A DNA stretch of 64,000 nucleotides from Heterodontus francisci (lineage: Eukaryota): NCBI RefSeq assembly GCF_036365525.1, contig NC_090412.1:7110123-7174122 (forward strand). The letters are read 5' to 3'. Of this stretch, positions 50,233 to 63,335 are shown in pieces. A model generated the notes under the pieces. That model saw only the letters and a list, made by a program, of their open reading frames with translations, searched no databases and was not told the DNA's origin. The stretch's first letter is position 1, and the number at the start of each line of letters is the position of its first letter. A program made the translations under genes and the position numbers.

Positions 50233-50872
50233 TATTATAGACCAAAACAGATGATCTGGTTATTATCACAGTGCTGTTTGTGGGAGCTTGCTGTGCACAA
50301 ACTGGCGTCACGTTTCCTACATTACAACAGTGACTACACTTCAAGAGTACTTCACTGGCTGTAAAGCACTTTGAGATGTCCACTGGTCGTGCAAAGCGCT
50401 ATATAAATACAAGTCTTTTAATCAGGGACAGAAGTGGTGCTAAGTCTAACAACAGTTACAACATCCAGCGTTGTGATACAAAAATAAGCTGGCAAAGGGA
50501 ATATGATTAAAACCAAGGTGCTTTATGCATTCTGGGATCAGAATGCTGCCAAACTGTAGCTGGTTTATTACCCGTCGTACTCCTGTTAACAACTGGAGAT
50601 CCATGCAGCCTCAATCCTTGCCAAACTATGCCTAAATTCTCTGGATTTAGCTGTATGGTGTATATTTCTAGAGGGAGAGAGTGCACGCTCCATAGTGGGT
50701 GAACAGAAGCTACTTGTGCAATCTTAGCAGCTTTATTTGGAGGCTCTTCAACGTGCTAATGAGTTTCTGTTTCTGCCGGACACTCAACTGACCAAAAAAA
50801 AATGACAGTAAATGAATGTTGGTATCCACAGGACATACCTGGTCTTTGATTATTGATGTGGCAGACTCCGCT

Positions 50873-50994
50873 CTAACCATGCAGGGAAGCCTGAACTTCC
50901 GATAGCCTGGTACAGCTCGGTGTGCTCATTTTCTGGGCTCTCTGGTAGAGATCTACATCTCCAAAATAGCGGGCACGATACAACAACCCCTCTT
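50873..50994 (-). CDS. DNAJB12: DNAJB12 exon 8 (stop TAG at 50875-50873; exon continues as UTR to a donor after 50839)
   Basis: [40 protein letters not shown]; CAG|gtatgt donor 34 nt after the stop. Confidence 0.95.
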
Positions 50995-53900
50995 CTGTAA
51001 AGAGAAAATAAAAATGTTAGTGAGAATGTGCAATTTTGTACCACAAAACCCCCTGTGATTTTGCATCTCTGCCAACACAGACTTTATCAGCAGCAACTTG
51101 GTAGAACAGAATAAATATTTGTATTTGTACATCATGCTTTACAACATCTTAAAGTGCTACAATTAAATATTTTGACATACAGTGACTTATGTGGGCTAAC
51201 ATCAAAGCCATTTTAGATGCAGTAATCTCCCACAAATATGAAACAGATGACTGACCGATTAGTCTGTTTTTGGTGATGTTTACCATCCACCAAAAATCAC
51301 CAGAATGGTTAGATATAACCTTAATTTAACATCTCAACGATTCTGCAGTCCCTGGCATCGGCTGGAATACCATCACCATCAAGTTCCCAACCAAGTTACA
51401 AGCCATCCCAACTTATTCATGTATTGCTGTTCCTCATCATTGCTGGGTCAAATCCTGGAACTCTCAGCACTGTGGCGGTACCCTCACCACACGGAAAGCA
51501 GCAGTTCAAAAGGCAGGCTCACCACCACCACCCTTTCAAGGGCAACAAGGGATGGGAAATAAATGCTGTTCTCGTTATGCCCATATCCCAAGAAAGAATT
51601 TAAAAAACTAAGATTAAATTAACATTTTTCAAAATGATTACTGAGAATTGCCGGGTGAGTTACTGGGGTACACGGGATGCTTTTGTTTGTTACATGCAGC
51701 CACAGTTAGCCTGCATCTTCTGGACCTCACACTGCTTTCAGTTCGGCCGGGCCAGTTCATCACTCTATGTATCAAACAGTTCTATACACCCTCTCCCCAG
51801 CCCCTGCCATTACTCACTCTGTTGTTTCTCCTTCCAGCAGTTATTCCGCAAGTTTGCAATGAAATCCTCTTCAACATTCCGTTCCACCAGCTTCAAGTTC
51901 TGCCCCGTATATTCCGCCGCAAATTTATCCGCCACAAAATAATGCACCTTCAGTACATCCGTCGTCCGTCTGTGAATGTGACCAGTGGACCTGGGAACAA
52001 ACGACGGCTTAAGGTTAGAAAACTCTCACTACTGGTGCTGTTTATACAAAAGCAAAATACTGCAGGTGCTGGAAATCTAAGATAAAAACAAAATGCTGGA
52101 AATACTCAGGTCTGGCAGCATCTGTGGAGAGAGGAACAGAGTTAATGTTTCAAGTCGATGACCTTTCATCAGTGCTATGTAAAGTTCACACCACCCAAGT
52201 ATTCTACTTTACACTGCAAATTAAAACAAATTTTTTTTTTGTCATGTCCCACATGACACTTTGGGTACTTGAAGTGATGTATACACTGAGATAAAGGTGG
52301 TGGTACGCAGGTTATCCCTCCTTCTTAATCGTCGCTGCTTAGTACCTCACTGGTGACTATAACATCGGTGTGGGCATGAGCTCCCATCCTACTGCTATTT
52401 GATGGAATACCCCACTAGTACGTTGCACACTTATGTATAAAACTAGAAATTAAGGTCACTCTTTGGGGTTGAAGGGAGTTGGGAGAGGGAAGGTGTCTTA
52501 TACCTGAGTCATTGTACTGAATGTTACTATAGCTTACACTGGAGAGCACACTTACTCCTGATTTAGTCTTACCCTCCTGTCTATTCTGGACTGGCCAACA
52601 CTACTCACCCTCCACTCCTTTCTCTCCCTTCTTGGTCTCCTGCTTGTGCTACTTTTTTTGCATATTCCAACACTCTTCTCATTGGCCTCCCAACCTCCTT
52701 AAATGCCAACCTGTCCAAAATTCGGATGCCTGTATCCTGTTCTGCACTGCCCCCTGCTGGTGTACTGTCGCTGATGTCCCGTCTCCCACACTTAACAACT
52801 TCAGCCATGTCCGCAAATCTCTCCAGATTCTCAATCTAACCTGACTTGGCAGAGCCTTCACCAGCCTCAGCCATCTCCCTGGAAGTCCCTCCCCAATTCC
52901 CTCAACCCTCTCTCTTACTCCACCTTTCAAATCCTCCTAAAAACATATCTTTCAACCAAGCTTCATGGATTGGCCCTTACCTGTGAAGTGCCTTGGGACT
53001 TTGTTTTATATTAATGGTGCCTTATAAATGCAACTTGTCGGATAGACTCAGTGACACACTTAGCAGGGGGAGGAGGAAGGGAAAAGACCCTTTCTTACAT
53101 AATTTCAGGGTATGCGATGACCCTAAAAATCCCTAATTCCATGTAACTGCTTGAAATCAATGCTTGTACAAAACACACACTACCTGCCTGGAGCCAAAGA
53201 ATACAGTGCCTGCGAAGACACTGCCACCTGCCTACTCTTCAACTCTAGTGGACAAATCAGCCTGGAAAGGTCTCTGCGACCTGCCAGATCAAATTACTTT
53301 AACTCTATTTTCAGTTTAACTGATACTTTTAAGATAAACCTGCTCACTTTATTAGATTGTTCAAGCTAAGGAAGCAACCCGATGTTCTCCATGACAGTGG
53401 ATGATCAATGAGATTTTAACCAATAACGAATGCATGGTATGAACTCAGGGTTTTACTTACGGCCTGTAGCTCAGACTGTAGGGAGGGCTTGACACCATCA
53501 TTTGACTGATCACAGAGACAAGAACCAGGATCAAAATTGGCATCAACTGTACAAAGAGTGCCAACCCACCCTGCCAAAAAAAGGAATCCAATAAATCACA
53601 CACACAGACCAGTAATGCTTGAATGGTATAAATGTTACACACATATAAACAACTAGTTAAACGTAGCAATAGTTTTAGTGAGTTTGTCTAGCCAACCTAT
53701 CCACATTATTCCCCTGGCGCATTTCTAATAATCCTGAATCCATTTGTTGACAAGAACCTGTCTAATTCCTTCTTGAAACCCATTATTTTTTTTAATTAAT
53801 TCTCATAAATGCTCTCAGAGTTGAGGAGAAATTTTTTCACCCAGAAAATGGTGAGGACCAGGAACTTAATACCTAGAACAGTAGTAGAGACAGAAACCCT

Positions 53901-56900
53901 CATTGCATTTAAAAAGGGCTTGGGTGTGTACTGGAAGTGCTGTAATCTACAAGGCTGCGACCAAGAGCTGGAAACCGAGATTAGCCCGAGCAGCTCCTTC
54001 TCGGCTGGCACAAACCCGATGCGCTGAATGGCTTTCTCCTGTGCTGTAAATTAGCTGATTCTATGAAATCCTGTGATATGGGCGTCACTGGCAAGACGGG
54101 CAATTACTGCTCATTCCTAGTCGTCGTGGACAAGCTTGACGGAACTGAGTGGCTTGCCCAGCCACTTCAGAGGGTGGTTAAAAGTTACCCATGTTGGTGT
54201 GGGACTGGAGTCATCTATAGGTCAGGCCAGGTAAGGACAGCAGATTTCCTTCCCTAAAGGACATAGTGAACCAGTTGGATTTTGATGACAATCTGACAGC
54301 TTCACGGTCACTTTAACTGATACCAGCTTTTTAAAAATACATTCAAATTCTCAAATTGATCGGGTGGCATATGAACTCAAGTTCTCTGGATTATTAGTCT
54401 GATAATGTTTGTTGCAGATTCTTGGCCATTGCACCTCAGGAAGGATATATTGGCCATTGTGGGGGTTCAGCACAGATGCACCAGAATGATAGCAGAGCTT
54501 CAGTGTTATATTCCTCATAATTTAGGAAATCTATTTATGAATATATAGGAAAGTAGTCAGGACTGATGTTCAGGAGTCTACAGATATATATACACAGATT
54601 GCAGTTAAAACTGGAAATAAAGTAATACCTGGGCATCAATTTTGAAACCAGTTTTTAAGCAAATAAACATTGAAAAAAAAGATAAATGAATGACTGCTCC
54701 TTTAAAAGATGTTCAGCTTCCTGTATGCCTCAGTGCTAATTCCGTAGGTTGCACAGCCTACATAATGACACCAGAGCCTCGCAATAAGCGCAAGTGAATG
54801 TCATTATTTCAGACAGAAGCAACTAAAGCACCTTTATATAATTTCAAACCCTGTTATTAGCCTTCACTTTTGGTTCAGCAAAGAGAGCACAGCAAAGGAT
54901 TTAAAACAAATACAATTTCTATAAATGGCCCAATACTTACCAAAAATGAAAGGATGTTAGCATTTCCTTGCATTTATATAAAATCCATCTGGAAACTCCC
55001 TACATTTCCCCACTGCAACATCCAGTTGTTTCTTAAGTGATTCTGCTACTATTAGGGCTTAAAAGGTTACATTAAAACAGCTGGAATAAACTTGGCTTGT
55101 ATTTTCTTGGGTGTTGAAGGTTAAGAGGGTGACCTAATTGCGATGTTTGAAATGATAAAAGGAATTGATAAGACAGATAGATAGATAGAAAGAAGCTATT
55201 TCCATTGATCAGGGAGTTCAGAACAAGGGCCACAATCTTCAATTTAGAGCTAGTCTGTTCAACAGTGAAATCAGGAAGCACTTTTTCACACAAGTGGTAG
55301 AGGAAATTTGGAATCATCTTCCCCAGAAGGCTGTGGATGTTGGGTCAACCTACATTTTCAAGATTCAACTCAGGTTTTAACGCATATGGATCAAAGGTGG
55401 GTAAATGGAGTTTAGGTACAGATCAACCATGGAAGAAGGAGCTCGAGGGGCTGAATGGGCTACTCCTGTTCCTATGTAACCATCACACTACTATATTCAG
55501 GTATACTACCACCTGGTTCCGCCATTTTTTAGGACTAGGCCTCTCCTAAAATATTTTATACGGATACTGCCCAATATAAGAGGTCCTGTACTGAAACAGA
55601 TTGCTTTTTGTTTAAATGTGTTCTTAGGATGTGGGCAACACTGGCAAGGCTGGATTTACTGTCCACCCTTAACTGCATTGAGAAGGTGCTGGTGGGTCTT
55701 CTTCTTGAACCGCTGCAGTCCTTGTGGTGATGGTGCTCCCATAATGGCACCAGGTAGGGAACTGCAGAATCTTTACCCAGCGACTATTGTGACAGGTCCC
55801 ACATTGTCCCTGCACACAAGCCAGTGTGATGGGCATGCGGGGCTCCTGCAAGTACAAGATATAAAAGATTAATGGGGATACTGGCACACTGTGGTGTACT
55901 GGAGTTTGTTTGATCGTTTACTGGGCTCGAAGAGGAAATTATCAGCATTTTCTGATCTGTAATAAAGCACTTGAGGAACGGGAATAAATTCTGTGGATAA
56001 TAGACTGGCCCAAAATTATGAGGAGGTTTATAAAGGATAATATGGAGGAGAAAAAGCTGTTTCCACTGGTCACAGAGCTGGTAACTAACGGGCATAAATT
56101 TAAAACCATTATCAAAAGTACAACGGGAGAAGTAAGGAGTATTTTTTAAATTTTACACAGAGGGTCGTTAGGACCGGGAATACCCAAACTGAAACAGCAG
56201 TGAAGTCAGAATCCGTGATAGCTTTTAGAAGGGAAGGGGATAGAAATGTGACTAAAAATCAATTTTGAATGGTATGGGAAAGGTTAGAGGAATGGCTCTT
56301 TCAAATAGCTGGCACAGGCACGAGGGGTTGACTATCTTTCTTCAGTGCTGCATGATTCTACGATTCTGTATACTCACATCACCCTGCTGGTCCCGTCGCT
56401 CAGGTCTATGGTACGTGTAACGCATTCGCCCATTACTATATACATGAACATTGCCTAAGAAGTGTGGAAGAGAAGAAATAGCAGTGTGAAGAGGACATTC
56501 AACCTCCTGGGGTGTGCAATGAAATTAGAATGGTTACTTCACTATCTTTATAAAATCAATTTAAAAATCAACGTTACATAGAATTCACAGCATCGAAACA
56601 GGCCATTCAGCCCAACAGGTCCATGCCAGTGTTTATGCTCCACATGAGCCTCCTCCCACCCTTCTCCACCTAACCCCATCAATATAACCTTCTATTCCTT
56701 TCTACCTCATGTGTTTACCTGGCTTTCCCTTAAATACATCTACGCTAGTCACCCCAACTATTCCTTGTGGTAGTGAGTTCGACATTCTAACCACTCTCTG
56801 GGTAAAGAAGTTTCTCCTGAAATCCCAATCGGATTTATTAGTGACTATCCTATATTGATTGCCCCTGGTTCTAGTGAGAGAAGCATGTAGGTGCCTTATT

Positions 56901-59900
56901 TACACATTCCAAAATGTAGCTGTTTTACATCTTTAATATATAAATCTGGATATTGAATGAGGAAACCTTGGTGCATCGGGTGCTGTTTTACTAGAGTTTG
57001 GCATTTCCCTCTCACAGGATTATGGCTTGATCTTCAATCATGCAGTTATCGAATCTTCATTTGTCCATTATAGTGGCTCCACAATAGAACATGATCCCAT
57101 AGGTGCAATGTTCAGTCTGTATATTCCACCCTTTGAAGCAAACTGTTCTAAACCTGTTCCCCTCCTTTAAAATGGCCATATTGCTACCATCAAGTAGAAT
57201 TCAACTCAGAAATTTCTACCAACTGTGACAATATACAGCTGGACATAGATACTGAGACCAGATCAAACAGAACATTTAAGGAGGAACTTGGAAGGGCTAA
57301 ATTAAAAAAGGGTATTGGGGAGGAGCAGGATAACAGGACTATTTATCGGTGACTCATTCGATACCGTACACTCGGATAGATGTTAGCCACGTGACATTAT
57401 AATAACTAAAACAAATATTACGAATAATAATGTCAGCAATAGCTTTTAGGTGCAGATTATGTGAAGCCCTTGTAATTAGGTAAATGGTTTACAAGTTAAC
57501 CGATTACATGTTAACTGCTTCTATCCTGCAGTTATTGGAAATACATCCTCAATCGTAACCAAAACATACCAGAGGGAAATCCGCCACCAAAGAACATATT
57601 AAAAAGGTCCTCGGGTGAGATGTCTGCCTCAAAGCCTCTGTGGTAGTCGGAGGCCCCATGACTGTGACGGTTAACAGCCTGTTTTTCATCTCCGTACAAG
57701 TCGTACTGTTTCCGCTTCTCTGGATTGCTGAGCACTGCATACGCATTCCCAATAGCTGGAGGAAAGGGGCAAAAATCAGAACAAGAGACGTAAAGAGCAA
57801 GAAGAAACACAGGACCTTCGGACCAAAGCCTGCCCCTCCAGTTCCTGGCATCAGCATTCAGCCACTCAAACTCCAACCAAAACTATCCCACTAATTTATC
57901 ATTTAGCCTGAATTTCTAAACACGCAGCGAGTGGTTAAGGTCTGGAATGCACTGCCTGAGAGTGTGGTGCAGGCAGGTTCAATCGAGGCATTCAAAAGGG
58001 AGTTAGACTGTTACCTGAAAAGGAAGACTGTGCAGGGTTACGGGAAGGAGGTGCGGGAATGGCACTAGGTGCATTGCTCATTCAGAGAGCTGGTGCACAT
58101 ACAATGGGCCAAATGGCCTCTTCTGTGCTGTAATAATTCTGTGATTCTGTGTCACAACCCTTAAAAAGAAAACATTTTTTGGAGAATTTAATATAGACTG
58201 AGTTTTCAAATTTATTTTCTTACAGCTTTACCCAAGAGGGCTGTGGATGCTCAGCGTTGGGTATATTCAAGACTGACAGCAATAGATTCTCAGGTCCTGA
58301 GGGAATCAAGGGACAGGGCAGGAAAATGCAGTGATGTAGAAGTTCAGCCATGATCTTATTAAATGGTGGAGCACTACAGGAAAGATGTGATTAAACTAGA
58401 GAGGGTGCAGAAAAGATTCACTAGGATGTTGCCTGGTTTGGAGGGCTTGAGTTATAAAGAGAGATTGGATAGGCTGGGTCTGTTTTCCCTGGAGCGAAGG
58501 AGGCTGAGAGGGGACATGATAGAGGTATATAAAATTATGAGAGGCATAGATAGGGTAGATAGCCAGAGTCTGTTTCCCATGGTAGGCGGCACAGTGGCGC
58601 AGTGGTTAGCACCGCAGCCTCACAGCTCCAGCGACCCGGGTTCAATTCTGGGTACTGCCTGTGTGGAGTTTGCAAGTTCTCCCTGCGTCTGCGTGGGTTT
58701 TCTCCGGGTGCTCCAGTTTCCTCCCACATGCCAAAGGTTGGTAGGTAAATTGGCCACTATAAATTGCCACTAGTATAGGTAGGTGGTAGGGAAATATAGG
58801 GGCAGGTGGGGATGTTTGGTAGGAATATGGGATTACTGTAGGATTAGTATAAATGGGTGGTTGATGGTCGGCACAGACTCGGTGGGCTGAAGGGCCTGTT
58901 TCAGTGCTGTATCTCTAAACTAAACTAAACTAAAACTAGAGGGCATAGATTTAAGGTGAGAGAAAGGAGGTTTAAAGGGGATCAAAGGGGTAAATTTTTC
59001 ACACAAAGAATAGTGGGTATCTGGAATGAGCTGCCAGAGGTGGTGGTGGAGGCAGGAACTGTAGCGACATTTAAGAGGCATCTGGACAGGTACTTGAATG
59101 AGAAAGGCATGGAGGGATATGGAATTAATGCAGGCAGGTGGGATTAGAATAGACAGGCATTATGGTCAGCATGGACGCGGTGGGCCGAAGGGCCTGTTTC
59201 TATGCTGTACGACTCTATGACTCAGGCTTGAAGGGCTGTATGACCTACTCCTGCTGCTATTTAATATGTTCTTATGAGGTCAAAAATATCTACTTTTGAG
59301 TGATGGAAGAAATATGGAGCAATGCTGCTCAAGTCCCTCTCTTCTTGTAACCTCCTTCCCAACCCTGTTACTTAACCTGAGAATTTCAAAACTTTGTTCC
59401 ACAGGATGTACGAAACATTACAAAACAGATATGAACGAGAAAGGGTTTTCAGCCCATCTTGGCTCACTCAGCCAGAAAGAACCTGCAAACTCCTGTCCTC
59501 ACATCCAACGGTTTTATTAGGTATCGTAAATAAAACAAAACACTGGGAGCCGATTAATACCTTGCCTCTGCTCCAAAGCATTAAGCCATAGATTGAGAGG
59601 ATGGCAGTCTGCATATGTGATTTCCTATGCAGCCACTTTCTGATTACTGCCACTGCTGTTGCACCACAGTAGGTGCTGTCCACAGGGAAGGAAATACATA
59701 AGGATTCCTCATGACTGGGTTCTGCTTGGAAAATGCCACTGGTTTATTAATTACCAATGGTAAAGGTTGGGAACTGGACATGTGTTTGTCCCATGGAATG
59801 GTGCTCAGTTGGAAAATATCTATTCGCCAGGGAGTGAAGAAAATGGCCATATATCAGCAATTAGAGTATTGCAAATAGGTTATTTCCAAATTAATGTTGC

Positions 59901-62900
59901 TTTTGAACAAATCCTAAACATGGGGTGACAGATTAACAGTACTTGCTTGCTTTCAAAATGTTGTAACTGAAGCAAGTGAACTTCCTCAGAGGAAATCATT
60001 CAATTGCCTCACCTTGAGTTTTAATGAAATTGAGCAGCTGTCAATAACAATAACATTGCATCACATTCAAAAATAAATTGATAATTATGGAGGAAGATTT
60101 TGCAGATCCTGGGCCCCACCCTCACCTGCGTTGAGTAATTTGAGATGTGATGTATGATGAATGTCGTGTGTTTGGGAGGAACAGGTGACTTTGGTCCTAT
60201 GGTTCCCTAAGCTTTTCACCACTGGGGGTTTTCCTCACCTCATGTCTGGGTCTGTCATAAACTAACTGATGGAGATTGATTGCTATGATTAGTCAAGAAC
60301 TCCATTAATGTTATATCAAGTGACTACCAGGATGGTAGAAGGCGAACCAGATGGATTGTGGTCTCTTTTCATCCAGAAATTCCTATGTTCCTAACAGTCA
60401 CAACAAGAATTTGTTTTAGGGATGAGCAAGAATCTGCCAAAGTAAAATACTCATGCAAGATTAGAAACGCAGACTCCTGCCCTCCTTTCTCAGGCTGTCT
60501 TATGCTCTCAATTCTCAGGTTCTGTGTCTCCAGGACTCTTTTCTGGCTTTGTGTCCTGTTCTGTAACAAGTGACAGTATCAGGAATGGTCAGCAGCCAGT
60601 CAAAACAAGTTTCCCACTCTCTGGGAAACCACCAAAATTGACATTCTAAAACCCAAGTCCTAGATTTTCTTTTTAAGGGTCTTTAATGAAAACGAGAGGT
60701 TCATTCTACATCATCTTACAGCTGCATATTTATGGACCTGCAAAATCAGTAGGGTGGATCAGTGCCAGCTTAGTTTACCTGGTAGCACACCCATCTCTGA
60801 ATCAGGAAGTTGTTGATTCAAGCCCCAACTCCAGGACTTGAGCGCAGAGTCTTCACATGATTGTGCAGTGTTGAAGAAATGCTGCAAAGTCAGAGGTGCT
60901 GTCCTTTAGATGAGACATTAAACAAAAGCCCTGCCTATCATTTCTGGTGGATGTCTGAATCCTCTGGCACTATTTGAAGAAGAGCGGGGAGTTCTCCCAG
61001 TGTCCCGATCAGTAGTCTTCCCTCCAGTAAAATCAAGAAAAATAGAATAAGTGGCCATTCATCTACTCGGTGTTTGCAGGGTCTTGGAAATTACTGCCAC
61101 ATTTCCTTCCATTTCATCAGTAACTGCACTCCAAAGTAATTCATTATGTGAGGTGTCTGTGAGACATGATAAATAAATAGAGTATCCCTTTCAGCAATTA
61201 TGCCCAGTGGATGTACAAGCTTTCCTTCCCTGTAGCAACCTACACTGGAATTCTCCTGCCACCAGCTTGATGCCAAGTGCCAGGCCACTTACCTTTGAAT
61301 GCCTCTGTGGCTCCTGGCGCCTGGTTCTTATCGGGGTGAAACTTTAGAGCCAGTTTTCTGTAGGCTTTCTTCAGGTCCTCCTCTGTGGCATCTTTACTTA
61401 GCCCTAGGATTTCGTAATAATCTTTACACTTCTTTATTCTGCACAGCAGACAGAAAGCACAGCAAAATGTCAGTATTCAGCGAGTACACATTTGCATGGT
61501 CACCGCGAAGAACTAGATAACTTTGAGGGACATGACACATTTTGGTAAGAAGAATGAGGAGATGCAGTATAAACGAAATGACCCAATTTTAAAGGGGGTG
61601 CAGAAATAGGGACACCAGGGGGTGTATGTACACAAGTCTTTGAAGGTGACAGTATAAGTTGAGAAGGTTATTAAAAAAGCATAAGAGACCCTTAGCTTTA
61701 TAAACGGAGGCATAGAAGCAAGGAAGTTATACTTAATTGTGCCCAATTTTTGGCCCCACACTTTAGGAAGGATGTCAAGGCCTTGGGGAGGGTGCAGAGG
61801 AGATTTACTAGAAAGGTACCTGGGATGAGGAATTTCAGTTACACTGAGAGACTAGAGAAGATGGGATTGTTCTCCTTACAGCAGAGAAGGTTAAGGGAAG
61901 AGTTAATAGAGGTGTACAAAATCATTAAGGGTTTGGTAAGGTACTTAAAGAGAAACCATTTCCACTGGTAGATTTAAGGTAATTGGCAAAAGAACTAAAG
62001 GCAAGATGAGTTTTTTTTTTTAAAACAGTGAGTTGTTGTAACCAGGAATGAACTGTCTGGCAGCAGTTTCAATAGTAACTTTCAAAAGAAAATAGGATTT
62101 ATACTTGAAGGAGAAATATTTGCAGGGCTATGAGGAAAGGGAAGGGCAATGGGATTGACTGGACAGCTCTTTCAAAAGTCGGCACAGAAAAGATGGGCCA
62201 AATGGCCTCCTGTGTTATATCATTTTATGATTTCACACTACAGCTTTTGTATGAGTATTCTGAACAGTTTAGATCAATCAGCTGAATGCTGAATTAACTG
62301 CACTGCCTTGAAATGACTTGCATGTATCATCCTCCAATTTTCCTTCCGTCCTTAAGGGAATCCTGCCTGCCTATGTTTGGCACCAGCATCACCCCTGGTG
62401 ATGGTAACAGGGGCTACAAAGTTCTGAGATGCCTCAAAATTGAGACAAACCATTGTGTTTCGGATTGCAAAACTGGACCTAATGGTATCGCTGATGACTT
62501 CAGGCGTCAGAACTCCACAAATATACTGTTTAGGTACAAGCATTACTTTCTCCCGCATAGGCGGAACATTTGAGAATAGCAGCACAATAGTTATAATTAA
62601 GGAGGGGTCACAACAATCCTAACCAAAGCCTTGGGTGTATAGTACCAATTCCAGAGTCAGCCACTGCCTTTTGATGGAACGCCCCACCCCTGCTGAAAAA
62701 ACACATGGCCCAGTGATCTTTTCCTTCTCCCCGGTTACTCCTCCATCCTCTACCTCTTCACAGCCTCAAGCTGGTCCAGCGTGTAGCTTTTTGTCGTCTC
62801 CCCTGCTGCCTCTCCAGAGCCAGAGCCAGAAAACGTGCTTCTTTTCCTTTGGTGACATTCTGATGAATCTGTGGTCTCTGACGGGGTGAAGTTACCAGAC

Positions 62901-62934
62901 GGATGGCCATTCTGCGTCATGGATTCTATCAAAT
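50873..62934 (-). CDS. DNAJB12: DnaJ homolog subfamily B member 12 (ER membrane J-protein), coding exons 2-8; exon 1 lies beyond the window end
   Basis: Exons 62754-62934, 61293-61438, 57570-57755, 56378-56454, 53461-53570, 51818-51990, 50873-50994 join in frame: J-domain with [26 protein letters not shown] segment [15 protein letters not shown]-terminus ...[11 protein letters not shown] (DNAJB12-type end); synteny with ASCC1/ANAPC16. Confidence 0.96.
51818..51990 (-). CDS. DNAJB12: DNAJB12 exon 7 (DUF1977 region)
   Basis: [57 protein letters not shown]; 173 nt. Confidence 0.95.
52048..52172 (-). mobile_element. Short Penelope-derived insert with hammerhead core
   Basis: CUGAUGA-A-AGGUC-AUC-GACUU-GAAA-CAUU-AACUCUG plus the shared tail. 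Confidence 0.75.
53461..53570 (-). CDS. DNAJB12: DNAJB12 exon 6 (transmembrane segment)
   Basis: [37 protein letters not shown]; 110 nt. Confidence 0.95.
53805..54065 (+). mobile_element. CR1 3' fragment
   Basis: [18 protein letters not shown]; CR1 tail. Confidence 0.75.
55065..55480 (+). mobile_element. CR1 3' fragment
   Basis: gaaggttaagagggtgacctaattg...aggaagcactttttcacacaa; tail ctactcctgttcctatgt. Confidence 0.75.
56020..56369 (+). mobile_element. CR1 3' fragment abutting the DNAJB12 exon 5 donor
   Basis: Degenerate CR1 3' region with (atgattct)n-type tail ending about 8 bp from the exon. Confidence 0.7.
56378..56454 (-). CDS. DNAJB12: DNAJB12 exon 5
   Basis: [26 protein letters not shown]; 77 nt. 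Confidence 0.94.
56575..56875 (-). mobile_element. CR1 3' fragment (same family as 270-1715)
   Basis: Reverse complement of ggagaaacttctttacccagagagtggttagaatg...gggtgggaggaggctcatgtggagc. Confidence 0.8.
57570..57755 (-). CDS. DNAJB12: DNAJB12 exon 4
   Basis: [22 protein letters not shown]...[18 protein letters not shown]; 186 nt. Confidence 0.96.
57915..58150 (+). mobile_element. CR1 3' fragment
   Basis: cacgcagcgagtggttaaggtctggaatgcactgcctgag; tail (attctgtg)n. Confidence 0.8.
58374..59222 (+). mobile_element. CR1 LINE 3' fragment (contains the V-SINE; itself inside an older CR1 tail)
   Basis: [48 protein letters not shown] ... [14 protein letters not shown]; CR1 3'UTR. Confidence 0.9.
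58585..58930 (+). mobile_element. Complete V-SINE (HE1-like) inserted in a CR1 fragment
   Basis: tRNA head, V-domain, CR1-like tail, (ctaaa)n end. Confidence 0.9.
61293..61438 (-). CDS. DNAJB12: DNAJB12 exon 3 (J-domain, HPD)
   Basis: [48 protein letters not shown]; 146 nt. Confidence 0.96.
61520..62235 (+). mobile_element. CR1 3' fragment with internal deletions
   Basis: [48 protein letters not shown]. Confidence 0.88.
62754..62934 (-). CDS. DNAJB12: DNAJB12 exon 2
   Basis: LIESMTQNG...[21 protein letters not shown]; 181 nt. Confidence 0.92.
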
Positions 62935-63335
62935 CTGGGAAGAGGAAAACAAAAATGGCGCTAGGCAGAAGACACAGTCCAAAAGCACGGTAGAGAGGCT
63001 GACGACAGATTATTTCATGGGCACCGAATAATAATTTATTTATGTTAGCTCAAAACAGAAGGAGGAAGAATTTTCTCCTATTATTCTCCTACTATTTTCT
63101 CCCGTTATTTGCCCAACCCCCCACCTGAATTACCATTCCTAAACACAAATTCTGGAATCTGTTCCCACACCTCTGGTAAGAAACACATGACAATCAACTT
63201 CAAGATACTCAGATCATTATTCCCATGTAATCTTGTGAGACTATCTCTTGTGTGTGGGCGGACAGACCCTGAGAAGTTTCCCTTGAGATTGAACCATTAG
63301 GTACAATCTATGTTGAGGTAAAGACCTCAACACAA

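Noticed and set aside
50873-62934. Assignment to DNAJB14
   Set aside because: The C-terminus EVQASLHG and synteny with ASCC1/ANAPC16 indicate DNAJB12.
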